The notes under the pieces: generated by a model
What the model was told of the DNA's origin: nothing
Database searches by the model: none
Seen by the model: the letters and a program-made list of their open reading frames with translations, nothing else
In this document: piece by piece, positions 1 to 18,445 of the stretch
Position numbering within the stretch: the first letter of the stretch is position 1
Layout: every line of letters starts with the position of its first letter
Translations under genes and position numbers: made by a program
DNA from: the human T2T-CHM13v2.0 reference genome, Homo sapiens
Reading direction: 5' to 3' (one strand)
NCBI RefSeq assembly: GCF_009914755.1
Contig: NC_060937.1
DNA length: 64,000 nucleotides

Positions 1-1818
<1,818 letters not shown>

Positions 1819-1934
1819 TTAAAATAATATATAATTACCAAAAATTGGGGAAAATAGAGACAGGGAAGGCAGTTCTATAAGCGAGATAAATCTTTATCTT
1901 TTGTATCAGAAAGTCAATAAATATTGTCTGAATT

Positions 1935-2200
1935 TGATTGGTTATTTCCATTTTTATGAAATGTCTACAATAGGCAAATCTATAGAACCAGTAAAGAAAT
2001 TAGGAATTCCTGTGGCTGGGACTGAAGAGTGAAATCACTGCAAGTGGTCAAGAGGGATCTTCTGAAGTGATAGGTGTGTTCTAAAATTGGGCTGTGGGGA
2101 TGCTTGCACAACTCTGTAACTTTGCTAAAATTCATTTCATTACACATTTAGTGAGTTTTATGATATGTACATTACCCATCAATAAAGCTGTGTTAAAAAA
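1935..2200 (+). mobile_element. L1M 3' end fragment
   Basis: 'tgaaatgtctacaataggcaaatctatagaa...tgcacaactctgtaac...caataaagctg' matches old L1 3'UTR. Confidence 0.75.
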
Positions 2201-2215
2201 AAGGCTGATTTTTTA

Positions 2216-2555
<340 letters not shown>

Positions 2556-3400
2556 TTAGAGTTCTGTAGGCAACCAACAGGAATAAAAGTAGAAATGTTT
2601 TCTGGGATGATCTAGGAGTTGCTAGGGTGAGGAAGTGTGAAATGGAGGCAGCTGTTTATCAGTTATGTTTTTATCAGTTTATCAGTTCTGTTTTTCTATA
2701 CTATTTCCATTTTGTTTATCAATGCATGTATTACCTCAGTTCATTATTAGAGATTTTTTAAAACTTTAGATTTCTTAATGCAGAAAAAAATGTTTCTTGT
2801 TTTTAATCTTTTAGAATTTAAATATGAGTAATGATGGCATGTGGGTAAATGAATAGAATTTATTTTTTCTCCTAAAGACCAAGGCCAAGGGGCAAACTCT
2901 CTTACAAACCACCGCTCATAACTTGATGTGGACAAGAGCTCAACTGGGCATCGCCAAAAGTCCATGCCACTCCCAAAATAGAATGGAGGCAAGGAGACTA
3001 AGCAACTGATCTTTCTGGGAATGACATTTGGTGCAGCTGTGTTAAGCGGTTGCCATGGACTAATACAGCAAACATAAATAATCTCAGAGAAGCAAGTGCC
3101 CGAGAAAAACGAGATGACACAGGAAGTTGCTAATGTTATCAGCTGTCTTCATCTGTTTATATAAGAACGCTGCCAAAGTAACCATCTATGTGCCCAGGTT
3201 TTAAGCCGCATGACACAACCTCTTTACCCTGAGGTGAGAGTGACATGGTGGCCAATGAGAGGCCATCACTGTGGAAAACACATATTAAGACTTTTTGAGA
3301 TATGAAGTAATGGGATAGATCATGAGGACTTGAGGCTACAAGCTGACGACCTTGCAGTTGGTTCAAAGAGCTTGGGGACTTTTCAGTGTAATTTTGCTAG

Positions 3401-3773
<373 letters not shown>

Positions 3774-4914
3774 CATTCCCTTTCACATAAAATGCTACGT
3801 GAATGGTGGTAATAAAACAGTCAGAGCGATTCCATGCAACCCAACAGATAACGTGGTTTGTGCATTTTTTCTATCCATGAGGGAATGAGAAAGGCTATTC
3901 CTGCCTTTCCGTCAATTCCATTCAACCAAATATTTCCCATTTTAACGTGAAATCAGACCTCTCATGGGTTGGTCTGTTGTTGGAGTGACCACACTCACTT
4001 ACTCCACTTGCTCCGAGGTTCCTCTCATTACCTGAACATGCACACGGGGCCCAGCAGGCACTGAGGAAAAGGTTGAGTGGCACTTGTCATCTGCATGCCT
4101 CCCAGGTGGGTCCTGCTCAGGGAGGAGTGTCCAATAACCTTGGTGACAGCCACAGCCTGGCAAGATTCATGCCGCAGACAACATGGTGCCCGAATCCCTT
4201 CCTTATAATTCCCCAGGCATGGGGTTAGTAGACAAAGCCAGTGAAGCTGATAAGAGAAGCAACATGTAAAAGGGGAGGGCACCACGTTGTCCCCTAAGAC
4301 AAGAATGGAAATGGTTTAATGAGTTTGTTACTTACTGTCTACATGATGTTAAAACCAATCCAGGCAGGGCAAAATAGGTCAGAGCCTTTTCACAAAGCCA
4401 GTACTTTGTGTAGTGAGATTTTAAAGACATTACCCTGTCAGTGAGAAAGAGAGAGCTACAGTTAGACAAACATGATAAGACAAAGAGCTAAATATAAAAT
4501 AAAAAATGCAGATGTGAAATCATATTTGCAAGTCTTTCTTTTGCTGTCAGTAGTTGGTAATTGGTTGTAGCCACCCAGATGCGAGTCAGATACATACAAC
4601 CGTAAGTACCACTTAAAATTTCAGTGGCTAAAGAATCTTGCCAGAAAGAATTTTTTAGTCAAAATTCCTAAACATTTCTCATTGTGCCAAAACGTACATA
4701 TTTGCTTATAATATATCAAAATAAAAATGAGAATTTCCTTCATTTCTGGTGTTGTGAAAAGTTCCTGATAGATATCTCATGGAGACCAGGTTCCAAGAGC
4801 ATTTCCTGTGGCCTTACTGCAGACAGCAGATCATTTCAGCCTCCACTCAGGCGAATGCTTAGTGGCTGGGAGTGTGCACGCTCTGGTTCAAGTGCAGTGA
4901 GGGTGGGGTACTAG

Positions 4915-5275
4915 ACTCACCACTTCCTAGCTGTGGGGTGTTACTCCAGGCCTTTAAACTTTTATCAGAAACTCAAGCCTTCAAGCTTTCATCTCTTCCA
5001 TCTCTGCACCTCACAGGACTACCATGAGCTTAAATGAGAGCACACATAAAATATGGTAAGAAACGGGTATGATTATTTTTCCTATTTTATAATTGAAGGC
5101 ACTGAGGCCAAGAGAAGTGAAGTGGCTCCAAGTCACAAAGCCTTGGGTCACAAAGCTGGGATCTGAAGGCAGACTGTCAATAGTAAGGTTGTTATACACA
5201 GTAAATGAGTTAATTCATGGAAAGCTCTTAGGAAAGCCTTGGTTATGAGAAAGCTCTCAATAGAGATTAGCTGTT
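4915..5275. mobile_element. MIR cluster (+ MIR interrupted by a - MIR at ~5065-5180)
   Basis: MIR core motifs in both orientations ('actgaggccaagagaagtgaagtggc'; 'taaatgagttaattcatggaaagctcttag'). Confidence 0.7.
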
Positions 5276-5350
5276 TTATTATGACTTCATTCGCTTTCAC
5301 GCTATTTAAGCCTTTTCCTTTATTTCACTTCAAAAATGAGGGCTTGGTGG

Positions 5351-5814
<464 letters not shown>

Positions 5815-6199
5815 TCAAGTCACTGGTGAAGGAATGCATGTAAATCCTTGCAAGCCTCTTGGGCAGTCTGGTTGCTCACTAAATGTTTTTATTTAATGAA
5901 ACTTGATGGTGATTTTTAAATCTCATCCTTTTAGGGTTATGTACCCCATAATAAAGGAGAAATGATGTATGGACTTTTTTTTTTTAACAAAAGAATGAAA
6001 GCCCGATTTATAAAGTAAACATTGATGGCAAGGTTTACATAAATGGAGCAATCTCTCCTACATAAAAGGAGAGATTGCGGTGGAATTAGGTATGAGGGAT
6101 GGAGAATCTCTTTCCTCTGTTCACCATGGCAGATACAACTTGTGCTGTTCCCGGCTGTTTTTTGAGGTGCCATAAGGATCAAAACAGCAATCTGTCAGT

Positions 6200-6410
6200 A
6201 AGTTGGTAAGTTCCATGGGGCCAACCTAAGTTTGATCCCAGCTTCCACGGTCACTAAGCCCAGGACTGTGGGCAAGTTTCCTCATCTGTGATATGGGGAT
6301 AATGACAGCACCAAGCTTTTAAGTCTGTGTGGGGATTAAGTGAGATAAATGCAAGAGAGTGTGAGAAAAGGGCCTAGGATGAAGCATGCATTCTACCTAT
6401 TGACTATTAG
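6200..6410 (+). mobile_element. MIR
   Basis: 'gggcaagtttcctcatctgtgatatggggataatgacagcacc...ggattaagtgagataa'. Confidence 0.75.
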
Positions 6411-6648
6411 TAGTATCCATCCTCCTTATTAAAGCACACTAACAACAAAGCTATTACATGAAGACACATAAAAGCAAACTTGAAAGAGATGGCAGGAACT
6501 TCAATACTCCAGTGGCAGGAGGCAGCCTCTGTGCTCACACTGACTGCCAGGTGCCCGTGAAATAGCTACTTCCAAGAGCTGGTAATAGAGTTGAAGCGAA
6601 ACTCCAGCTCCAGTACCTCCATTTCCTTAGAACTAAAATGTGGAACGT

Positions 6649-6975
6649 GGCTGGGTACGACAACTCCGGCCTGTAATCCCAGCACTTTATGTGGCCAAGG
6701 TGGGAAAATTGTTTGAGGCCAGGAGTCTGGGATCAGCCTGGGCAACATAGCAAGACCCCCATCTCTATTAAAAAAAAATCTTAAAAAAATTAGCCATGCA
6801 TCGTGGTACACGTCTGTAGTCATAGCTACTCAGGAGGCTGAGGTGGGAGGAGGCTGAGGTGGGAGGATTGCTTGAGCTCAAGAGGTGGAGGCTGTAGTGA
6901 GCTAAGATTGCGCCACTGCATTCCAACCTGGGTGACAGAGTGAGACCCTCTTTCAAAATAGATAAATAAATAAAA
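6649..6975 (+). mobile_element. AluJ with internal 16-bp tandem duplication
   Basis: AluJ diagnostics ('gggaggattgcttgagc'); ggaggctgaggtggga repeated; TSD aaaatgtgga. Confidence 0.9.
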
Positions 6976-7179
6976 TGTGGAGCATACAGCTATAAACTTT
7001 CTAAAACTGAGCGTGTTACATTAAAATGGGAATTATACTTTTGAAACTACTTTTAAAAATGCTTGTATTCTTAGAAAAAGACCATTTTAATGCAGTTCAG
7101 ATGAAATATCAGAAACTTTTCATGAAGAAACCATCAGAATTAAAGAATGGTATTTGATTATGATATGATTGCCTAATAA

Positions 7180-7564
<385 letters not shown>

Positions 7565-8308
7565 TCAACCGGCTCTGAAATTGAATTATGGGAGAAAGCC
7601 AGTTACGAAGGCACAGAACCAGACCGTGGTGTTGTGCTGGGTCTGTTCATGAGCACAGACATTCTTCCCCTCTTTTTAGGCTGAGCACATGATGCCTCTC
7701 TCGGCTTCAAAGCAAGCCCTGGAATATGACTTTCAGCATCTGCTCCTCCCACAGACAATTCCCCTATGCCCTCCCAACTCTTATCCCACCTTCCCTCAAC
7801 TGCCTGGCTCACTTTTTATCCTCATTTAACTTTCCAGAGGGAATTCTTTGCATAATCACTCTCTTGACGTATTTTACTAAAGTCACAAACTGACTTGTTT
7901 GTGAAAGTCTCGTAGAAAATGGGGTGGTGGGGGAGTCCAAGAAAACATTGTGGTGAATTGCATGGGAAAATCTGTCAACTCACTCATACTAAGGTAAGTA
8001 GAAGAAAATTTTCTTAATAATATTTGTCCAGCTAGGAAACACTTTTTCACTTGTCTTTGGTCACCAGCTTATGTTCTTCATGAGTGACATGGCAAATCCG
8101 GTTGACACACCAATTGGGCATGACTGGTCCCTTCTTTCTGGCTTTCTCTCAGACCTAAGGGGAAAACATGGGGACCCTCGTCTACAAGCATTCTTGGGGA
8201 TGGCCAGGGAATGCCCAGGCAACATGCACAGCACATAACGAGGCTTAACACAATGTCTGTTCTCAGTTGCTTGGCTATACAGGGTGCATTAACAAAGTGG
8301 TAAGCAAT

Positions 8309-8766
<458 letters not shown>

Positions 8767-9277
8767 TGAGAGGATGCCAATGATGGTGAACATCGGTGAA
8801 CATCCCGTTCAAAAATTGGGAAAAATGAAGGATAAGTGATGGGCATTGCTCTCTTCTCACTCATTGATTCTCCTTTCTCCAGCCCTGTCTGCTGGCACCT
8901 CTCTTCCTGTTAAGCCTCAGCTCAAGGTGATTATTGAATTCAAAGATTTAACAAGCTCACCACAGACAATACCAAAAGGGTTTCACTCCCTGACCATTCA
9001 CCCAACCTCCCACTATCCAAGTTCCCTGCTGGGACACATTGCTCACTTGTAAAGCCCCAAAGGTAGATGAAGAAGATGGTCTTGTTTCTTTGCACTTCCA
9101 CTCCTCACTATCCCCAATAGAAAGTTGTAGGAAGATACCCAAAATCCCTCTTCTCTTTTATTCCAGTCCAATTACTTCATTCACAAGGAATGGAGAAGAA
9201 CTGGATGAATTATGATTCTCCCTGCACCCTGTGTTCTCTTGTTGACTTTCATTGGAATTTTGTTTTCTGTCCTACTA

Positions 9278-9980
<703 letters not shown>

Positions 9981-9993
9981 ACATTGGAGTTCC

Positions 9994-11150
9994 ATAAAAA
10001 GTCAACAAAGAAAATGAGGGAAGGGACTCCTCAAAGAAATAATGTAACAAAATCTCTCAGAACGAAGAGTCATGAGATTCCAGATGGAAAGAGCCAGCCA
10101 AGTAGCCACGCAATTTAAGAGCACCATCATACCAGGGCACTTTGTCCGAAATTTTCAGAATTCCAGGACAAAGAGAAGAGGTTTAAAACTTCTAAAGGTA
10201 AGAAAAAAGAAATTCCATGTAACTTCAGAGATCTCAACAGCAGTAGTGGAAGCCAGAAGGCAATGGAACAGTGGCTTTTAAAATTTTAAAGGAAAATGTT
10301 TTCCATCTTAAAATTACATAAGCCCAACTGTAAATCAAGCATGAGGACATATAATGGCATTTTTAAATGTACAAGTTCTCAAACTTTTTTTTTTTGGCTC
10401 TTACAGCCTCTTGCAGAAAGCTAACAAAAGATGAGTTCCACCAAAAGGAGCAGTTTATTCCAATAAAGAGGAAGACATGGGGTAAAAGAAAAGAGAAATC
10501 AGAACAGGAAGAGGCAAAGCATGGGTGATGAGAAATCCCAAGACCAGCTGTGTGCCCAGTGCAGACAAGAAGTCCAGTGTAGAGGAAATTAGAAGAGATG
10601 GCTCTAGAAAAATGAAATTAATAGATCACCTGATGTATCCGAAAGTCTTGAGGGAAAACTTAGACAATTTGGGAAATTTTTGAGTGGAATTAATAAAAAG
10701 ACCAAAAAAAAATCAAGAGAAAAAGATTATTAACTCCAAGAAAAACAAAAGTTTATTCAGAGACAAAAAATGATCATAATTTACTACATGGATGGCACCA
10801 CTGTGACTAGCATTTACATGTAAATGGTGAATATTGAGGTAATTATTCTACAACAGAACTATTTTGGGAGTTGGGAGAATAGGAAGAGTCTGCGTGGTGG
10901 TAGAGGGGGCGGAAGCAACAGTCAAATGATCAGCTTTTGCAGGAGAGAGATCACCTACAACTGAAAAGGTGAAAAGTAGAAAGACAAGCAGCCATTCAGA
11001 GAAATGGAGGTAAAACTTCCTTACTTGCTGAAAGTAGGAAAAGTGGTGTCTCTGGGAGGAGAAAATAAGGGGAAAGGGGGGGTAGAGCCTATTGTTTTTC
11101 ACAACCAGCTTGTTCGCTTAAACTCTGGTTATGTATAACTTTGGTAAAAA
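9994..11150 (+). mobile_element. Ancient L1/HAL1-like fragment
   Basis: L1 ORF1-like motifs ('acttcagagatctcaacagcagtagtggaagccagaaggcaatggaacagtggc'). Confidence 0.6.
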
Positions 11151-12558
11151 CTAAGGCAAGCATATGCAAAAATATTCAAACTAACAGAGGAATTAGCATT
11201 GAGAGCATTTGCTCCCGGTACCATAAAACCTGGAGTTTCCAACAAAATTTCTGTCCAAACTGGCTTCAATTAGGAAAAAAACAAAAATTTAGACATATAC
11301 TTAAAGTCATGGGAGTTAGAAATTACTGGAGTTTTCTGGAACTGCAAATCTTCTGGAAGTAATAAAAATTAAGAAAGATACTGGAAGCGAAAAGTAGAGT
11401 GGCTCATATGAGTTTTAAAGAGCTGAAATTATTTTATGAAAATATGAATTGTAATTGTGGGTTGGCTGATGTCTTCAGTGCCTAAGCACAAGTGTTTTCA
11501 CATAAGGCAAACCATGTGATAGGTTATTTCTCTCCACAGTAAAGGATGACCTTGGACCCACATAAGGGTTGATGTTGAGACTTGGGCTATATTTGACCAT
11601 TCTTCAATTTACTTCTAATTTGTGATTAGAAATGATCTAAACTCCAGACATGCCCAGGAGTTCTAAATCTCAGTTTTCAAGAAAGAAAATTCAGTCTGGC
11701 GAGTTACAAGTGACAGGCGGTTCAAGAAGGAATCGTCAGGGACTTGCAACCCTCTGGGTGGCTGAGAAGAAAAACAATCACTAAGAACCAGGAATCAAAG
11801 ACTAGTTAGTCACTGTCTTATTATGAAGTAGTAAGAACAAGAAACTCATCACACAAACGACTGTCTGGCCCTACAGTGACTGACGGTGCACTCTGCTCCC
11901 ATCTCTTGGGGTTTTAGTGAATTGTACTTTGCCAGCGAAGTTGGGAAAATGCATAAAAACAATCTCATCCCATCTTGGGTGGGCAGGACAATCAGAAAGA
12001 AAATATAATAAACCAATTCATGGGAATGGTAGGGGAGCATCCTGTAACGTTCAAAGCCAGCACACATGAGCCAGGATGTCAGTCATATAAAATCAATAAA
12101 CTAGTGCTGGATTCCAAGACGGCAACTCTATTTTTTCTTCTCTGAAACATTCCAACCCAAAAGGCTCTGGAAGTAGCGTCCTGGGCCAATTTCCTAATCC
12201 CAAGAACTCTTCAGCAGGCTATCCAGAGATAATGTCATTAGAAATGCTAGACTACCTTCTTGGTTGATTTAAAGTCTGATATGAAGTCAACTGCAGCTAT
12301 AAAACTGGACAATAAATCCTAATCTTGCCCCCTGAAGACCAAGAGAAAGAAAAAAGCGTTCTTCAGATCAGCATGGATTTCTTCGTGTTTCGTGAATTAT
12401 AATAGTAAAATAGTAAGTCTCACTCTTCGTCCAACCCCAGAAGCCGTGCAGCTGTTGTTAGACGAGGCAAGCCTAACTCCTTGTGCATCAGTCAGGGCCA
12501 CAGCAGGACACAAAAGTTCATTCAAAGGCCTGCTTTATAAGATGTAAATGCAAGGACT

Positions 12559-12865
12559 CTTTTTTTTTTTTTTTTTTTTTTTGAGACGGAGTCTGCTCTG
12601 TCGCCCAGGCTAGAGTGCAGTGGCGCGATCTCGGCTCACTGACTGCAAGCTCCACCTCCCGGGTTCACACCATTCTCCTGCCTCAGCCTCCGGAGTAGCT
12701 GGGACTACAGGCGCCCGCGACCACGCCCAACTAATTTTTTGTATTTTTAGTAGAGACGGGGTTTCACTGTGTAGCCAGGATGGTCTTGATCTCCTGACCT
12801 TGTGATCCGCCCACCTCAGCCTCCCAAAGTGCTGGGATTACAGGCATGAGCCACCGCGCCCGGCC
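12559..12865 (-). mobile_element. AluY-type
   Basis: Antisense Alu; TSD aatgcaaggactct. Confidence 0.95.
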
Positions 12866-13536
12866 CAATGCAAGGACTCTTTACAGAGCTGTAGACCACA
12901 TTAAATGTAGGCAACATGAAAGATGCTGAGGCACTCAGAGATTAGCAAGATTAGAAAACCATTGTGGCCCCTCCTCTTGAAGGAGCAAGGAGAGAAAAGA
13001 GTGTGATCAGAGCTCAGTAGCTATAATTTTGGAGGGACACAGTTATTGTCTGAACAGGGTACTGACATGGGGAAGGAAAGGGGAAGAAAGATCCTAACCC
13101 CTCTCTCCTCCTGATATCCATCCTCTCGTGCCTTGAAGCTAGCCCACAAGAAGCTGAAAAGCCAAGTTCAGAGGGGTTGGTTTCCCAGCATTCAGACAGA
13201 AGAGTGGGAAAAGGGGTGAGGTGGGCAGAAGGAAGAAACAACACACCTTGGACTTGATTTGGAGCCTGCCTGAAATTGATTTTTCAGAAGCTGAAAAAGT
13301 ATGTATATGTGCGCGTATGTGGGGATGTGGGTGTATAATGGAGATTAATGGATATACCATGCACGCATACACACACACACACTAGTAATCTTAGTATCTT
13401 TAAAGTGATCTCAGTTTGTGTATAGTCACAAAACATAAGCACTGTAGGTTATAAAATTATGGATGTCATAGCATGCCCCCCGTATGCTCCAAGATTTCCA
13501 TTCCGTCTGGAATGAGGGGCCCAAGTATTTATATTT

Positions 13537-13811
13537 TCTTTTTTTTTTTGAGACAGAGTCTCCCTCTGTCACCAGGCTGGAGTGCAGTGGCATGATCTTG
13601 CCTCCTGGGTTCAAGTGATTCTCCTGCTTCAGCCTCCTGAGTAGCTGGGATTACAGGTGCCCGCCACCATGCCCCGCTCATTTTTGTATTTTTAGTAGAG
13701 ACAGGGTTTCACCATGTTGGCCAGGATGGTCTCGATCTCTTGACCTCGTGATCTGCCCACCTCTGCCTCCCAGAGTGCTGGGATTACAGGCGTGAGCCAC
13801 CTCACCTGACT
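13537..13811 (-). mobile_element. AluSc-type with internal deletion
   Basis: Antisense Alu; TSD aagtatttatattttc. Confidence 0.9.
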
Positions 13812-14224
13812 AAAGTATTTATATTTTCAACAGCTCATGATTGATTCACTGCACATAGGATTTTTAGAGCCATTCATTTCATTAGACTAATATCAGTCAT
13901 TCGCCTCTAAGAAAAATGTAGTTAAGCAGATTATTTTCCCTCTAATGATTAGGTCAGACCCTCGTGACCTAGAAGGAGAAAGAAAGGGAAAGAGGGGAAA
14001 GGTATCTAAGAAGGAATATAAGGCAGAGAGGGGAATTTAAGACAGAAAAGATAGTTTCTGAAAGAAACAGAAGAAGAAAGGATGGGGAGAAGTGACTAAA
14101 TCGGAATCAGAAATGTGAATGTGTGTACTTAACATTGTATCAGAAGTCTTATGTAAGTTCAGTTTAAAACCTTTTAAAATTCTAAACACTCATGAGATTA
14201 TGATCATCTGCTGATAAGGCTTAG

Positions 14225-15170
14225 AAGGTCTAGGGACAATGACATCCCAGCAGCCAGAGTCCAGATCTTGGTTTCTACATACCATTCTGCACTAAGAGGA
14301 ACCAGGGTTTTATGGAGAAATATCTGATTCTAGGGCCAATCTGCAGAATGTATCTGGTGCATCTTGTATGCCAGAATATGAGAAAGTGCCCAAACAATGA
14401 CAACAAAATGGGAGCGTGTCAAAGGGACGCAGGATCCATCCTGGAAATGCTGCCAATGGCCAGAGCTGGGACAATCTGAGCAACAGAATAAATAATGAAG
14501 TACTGGATATAGCCCACAGTATAAAATAAAAATAAAAATATGCAAGTCCAGAGTTATATAAAGAATGATCGAATACATAAATTAATGAGGGGGAAAAGAC
14601 AAATTTTTCTTACAGAAAAATTCCATACAATATATGTGGGTATTCCCCTCTGTAGTAGGTGTAGCTCAGTTGCCCTCCCTTGAGAGTGGTCTGGGTTTAG
14701 TGACTCCCTTCCAAAGAATAGAAAATGAAAGGAGACAAATAATAACTTTACAGTGGAGAAAGCTGCCAAGTACTACCTGAACCAAGAGATGAAGGTCAGC
14801 GTCACCAGCGATGTCTTGTAGATATCATGTACTCCCAATATGATATATGAGAAGGGCTCTTCTCCTCTGATATTCTTTCTAGGAACTCACAATCCCAATC
14901 AATTATAAGAACATCATACAAACCCAAATTAAGAGATATTCTTCAAGATACCTGACCCATGACTTCTAAAAACTGTCAAGGTTATGAAAAACAGGGAAAA
15001 GACTGAGAAACTGTCACAGACCAGAAGCAGCAAGGAGACAGGACCATGAAATGCAATGTGATGTCCAGGATGGGGCCCTGGAACAGAAAAAGGACATTAA
15101 TGGAAAAAATATTGAAATTTGAATTAAGATCTGGAGTCTAGTTAATAGTAACGTAACAATGTTAATTTAT
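14225..15170 (+). mobile_element. L1MC-type 3' region
   Basis: 'ccagatcttggtttctacataccattctgcactaagaggaaccaggg', 'actttacagtggagaaagctg', 'gactgagaaactgtcacagaccaga'. Confidence 0.8.
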
Positions 15171-16101
15171 GGAATTTCAAAATTATAACACCTTATTAAA
15201 ATATCAAATATCCCTTAGAAATATTGATACTTCCCATATTATCTAAAGCAACGCTTTTAAGACATTGGCTTGAGCCCTAACTTCATTGAATTACAAACAG
15301 CTTTTTAAAAACTTATACTGCAAAAACAACTATGTAAGCCTTTGTGCTTCCTCATGTAGAGCGAACATCTGGATATTTCCATTTACTTTACTGAATTAAA
15401 ACCAGCTCGTCCTCCAGGAAGCAAAAAGTAACTACCATATGAGTTCGCTGGCAAAAAGTTGCATAAATAAAAGCTCACATAAAATGTCTGCAATTTTCTT
15501 TGAACTAAAAATAAGCAAAATGAGTGATTGATGACTAGATCGCTGATGAATTCACCCTGGGAGACATTCCAGAAGCTCTGAAGATAATCATCAGCCTCCA
15601 TGATAAATTTCAGACCATTGCCCCATGGGAAATTTTACTCTCTGAAGTGATAAAAGGTTTTGACTCATGCAAAGAATTCTCTTTAAAAGTTCAACTAGCA
15701 ATTATTTGGATAATTTGAGTTACTATATAAAAATTAGGTATTGAAATGGACAGTGAGTGTGTGTGTTGGTGCATGAGAACTATGTGCTCAAACACATTTA
15801 TGGCGCCTTTTTTCTTGATGAATCTCAAAGTACTTAACACACAGTAGTGACAATAAACGGTACACTTTCTACGGGCACCTCCTTCTGGAAAAAATGAACT
15901 GATTCAGGATGGTTATAGCTAGAGATCATTCATCCAAAAAAATTTCAGTTATAAGTCTTTTCCTTCCTAGAATAGTGAATCTGAATGATTCTCTGCTACG
16001 CCAATTTAAAGGAAATTTGCTAAACACAGTATTTTCTGAGTGTTTCTCATGGATTGATAAATGGTTTGTGAGGAGGGAGTACACTCCTCCTTCCCTGGGC
16101 A

Positions 16102-16354
<253 letters not shown>

Positions 16355-16785
16355 TTAAATCCTTAAATTCATAAGCATCCTACATTACAATTATTCAGGC
16401 TACTAAGCTTAGATTTTTGCCCTAGCTAACAAGTTAAGAACCAAATTCCATGTTCAAGCACTATAGTCTATCCATAACTCTACTAGCCTCCATAGCAAGA
16501 AGATTCCCTTTTATGAGTTTGGTCTATTAAACTTACTAATTAGTTTTATTTTAAGCTGCTTCAAATTTGCAAAGGTATCAGTCATTAAATAAGTGACAAC
16601 TTAAAGACCCAGTTTACTTTGATCCATGCTGGTTTTCTTCAGTACAAAGCCATAACCCACTTCATCATAGACCAGAGTTCAAAAATCTTTGCATCTTTGC
16701 CTCATTTTACTAAACAGTCATTGAAAAGATAAAAGTATAAAAGAAAGTGTATTTAACACAGAAAATACAAAGTCCTTGTTTTTAA

Positions 16786-17281
<496 letters not shown>

Positions 17282-18144
17282 TGAACTTGTAACACCATTT
17301 CAATATAAAAATGACACTTTGTTGCCTTTAGGTGTGTCTACTAATATTTTGCATGCTGGACTTCGTGGGTCAGGAGAACAGTAGAGACAGAGGTAAATAG
17401 TAGTTAGGCCAGGAAGCCAGGAAATCCACAGACCTCCTCCTCTGTCTGGCTGTCTTGTGGGGTTAAGTCAATCTCTTAGGAGCTGAGTTGGGCTTGGGTT
17501 TGTTGTTGCTTCGATACTTTCAGTGCATGGACTTCAATGCCCCCATCTGTGGGCTGCTGTTTCCTGTGTGCAGAGTGGGTCTGGCATGTTGGAGGGGCTT
17601 TCTCAGTGTTCTTGCTCCACTCCCAACTTCCAGCAACCCCTGGAAGCCTGTGCCACAGAGGGAGTTACTCTCCATGTTCCTGCCCTTGCCCCAGGGGTTG
17701 ACGCTGGGTCTTGGTACTTGGAGGATTGGGTTGGGGCAGGAGAGCTCTCTGTTCTCTCCACCCAGGCTTAGTCTCAGGCCCTCCACTGGGCTAAGGAATG
17801 GGTGGGCTTTCTCACAGTCCCTCCCTCCTGCCCCATGGCATAGAATTCAGCCTTGGAGCTAGGTCAGGTGAGAGTGTCTGCCCCTCCCCCTGTGATAGCT
17901 GACTTCTGCATTGCACAGATTAATCCTGGCTTCAAGAAGGTGTCTCATCCCTCCTCCAGGTGCAAGGAAACTTAGTTTCTTCTTCTCCCAGAGACGCCAA
18001 GGTGCACAGCTCATGTCTCGGGGGCAGGAGAGTTTTCCATTCCTTCTCCAAGCCAGTGGGTTTTGCTTTCACCCCTCCAGTGGCAAAGGGTTCACTTTAG
18101 TCAGCTTGGGCAGCTATAACAAATGACCACAGACTGGACAGTTA

Positions 18145-18445
<301 letters not shown>

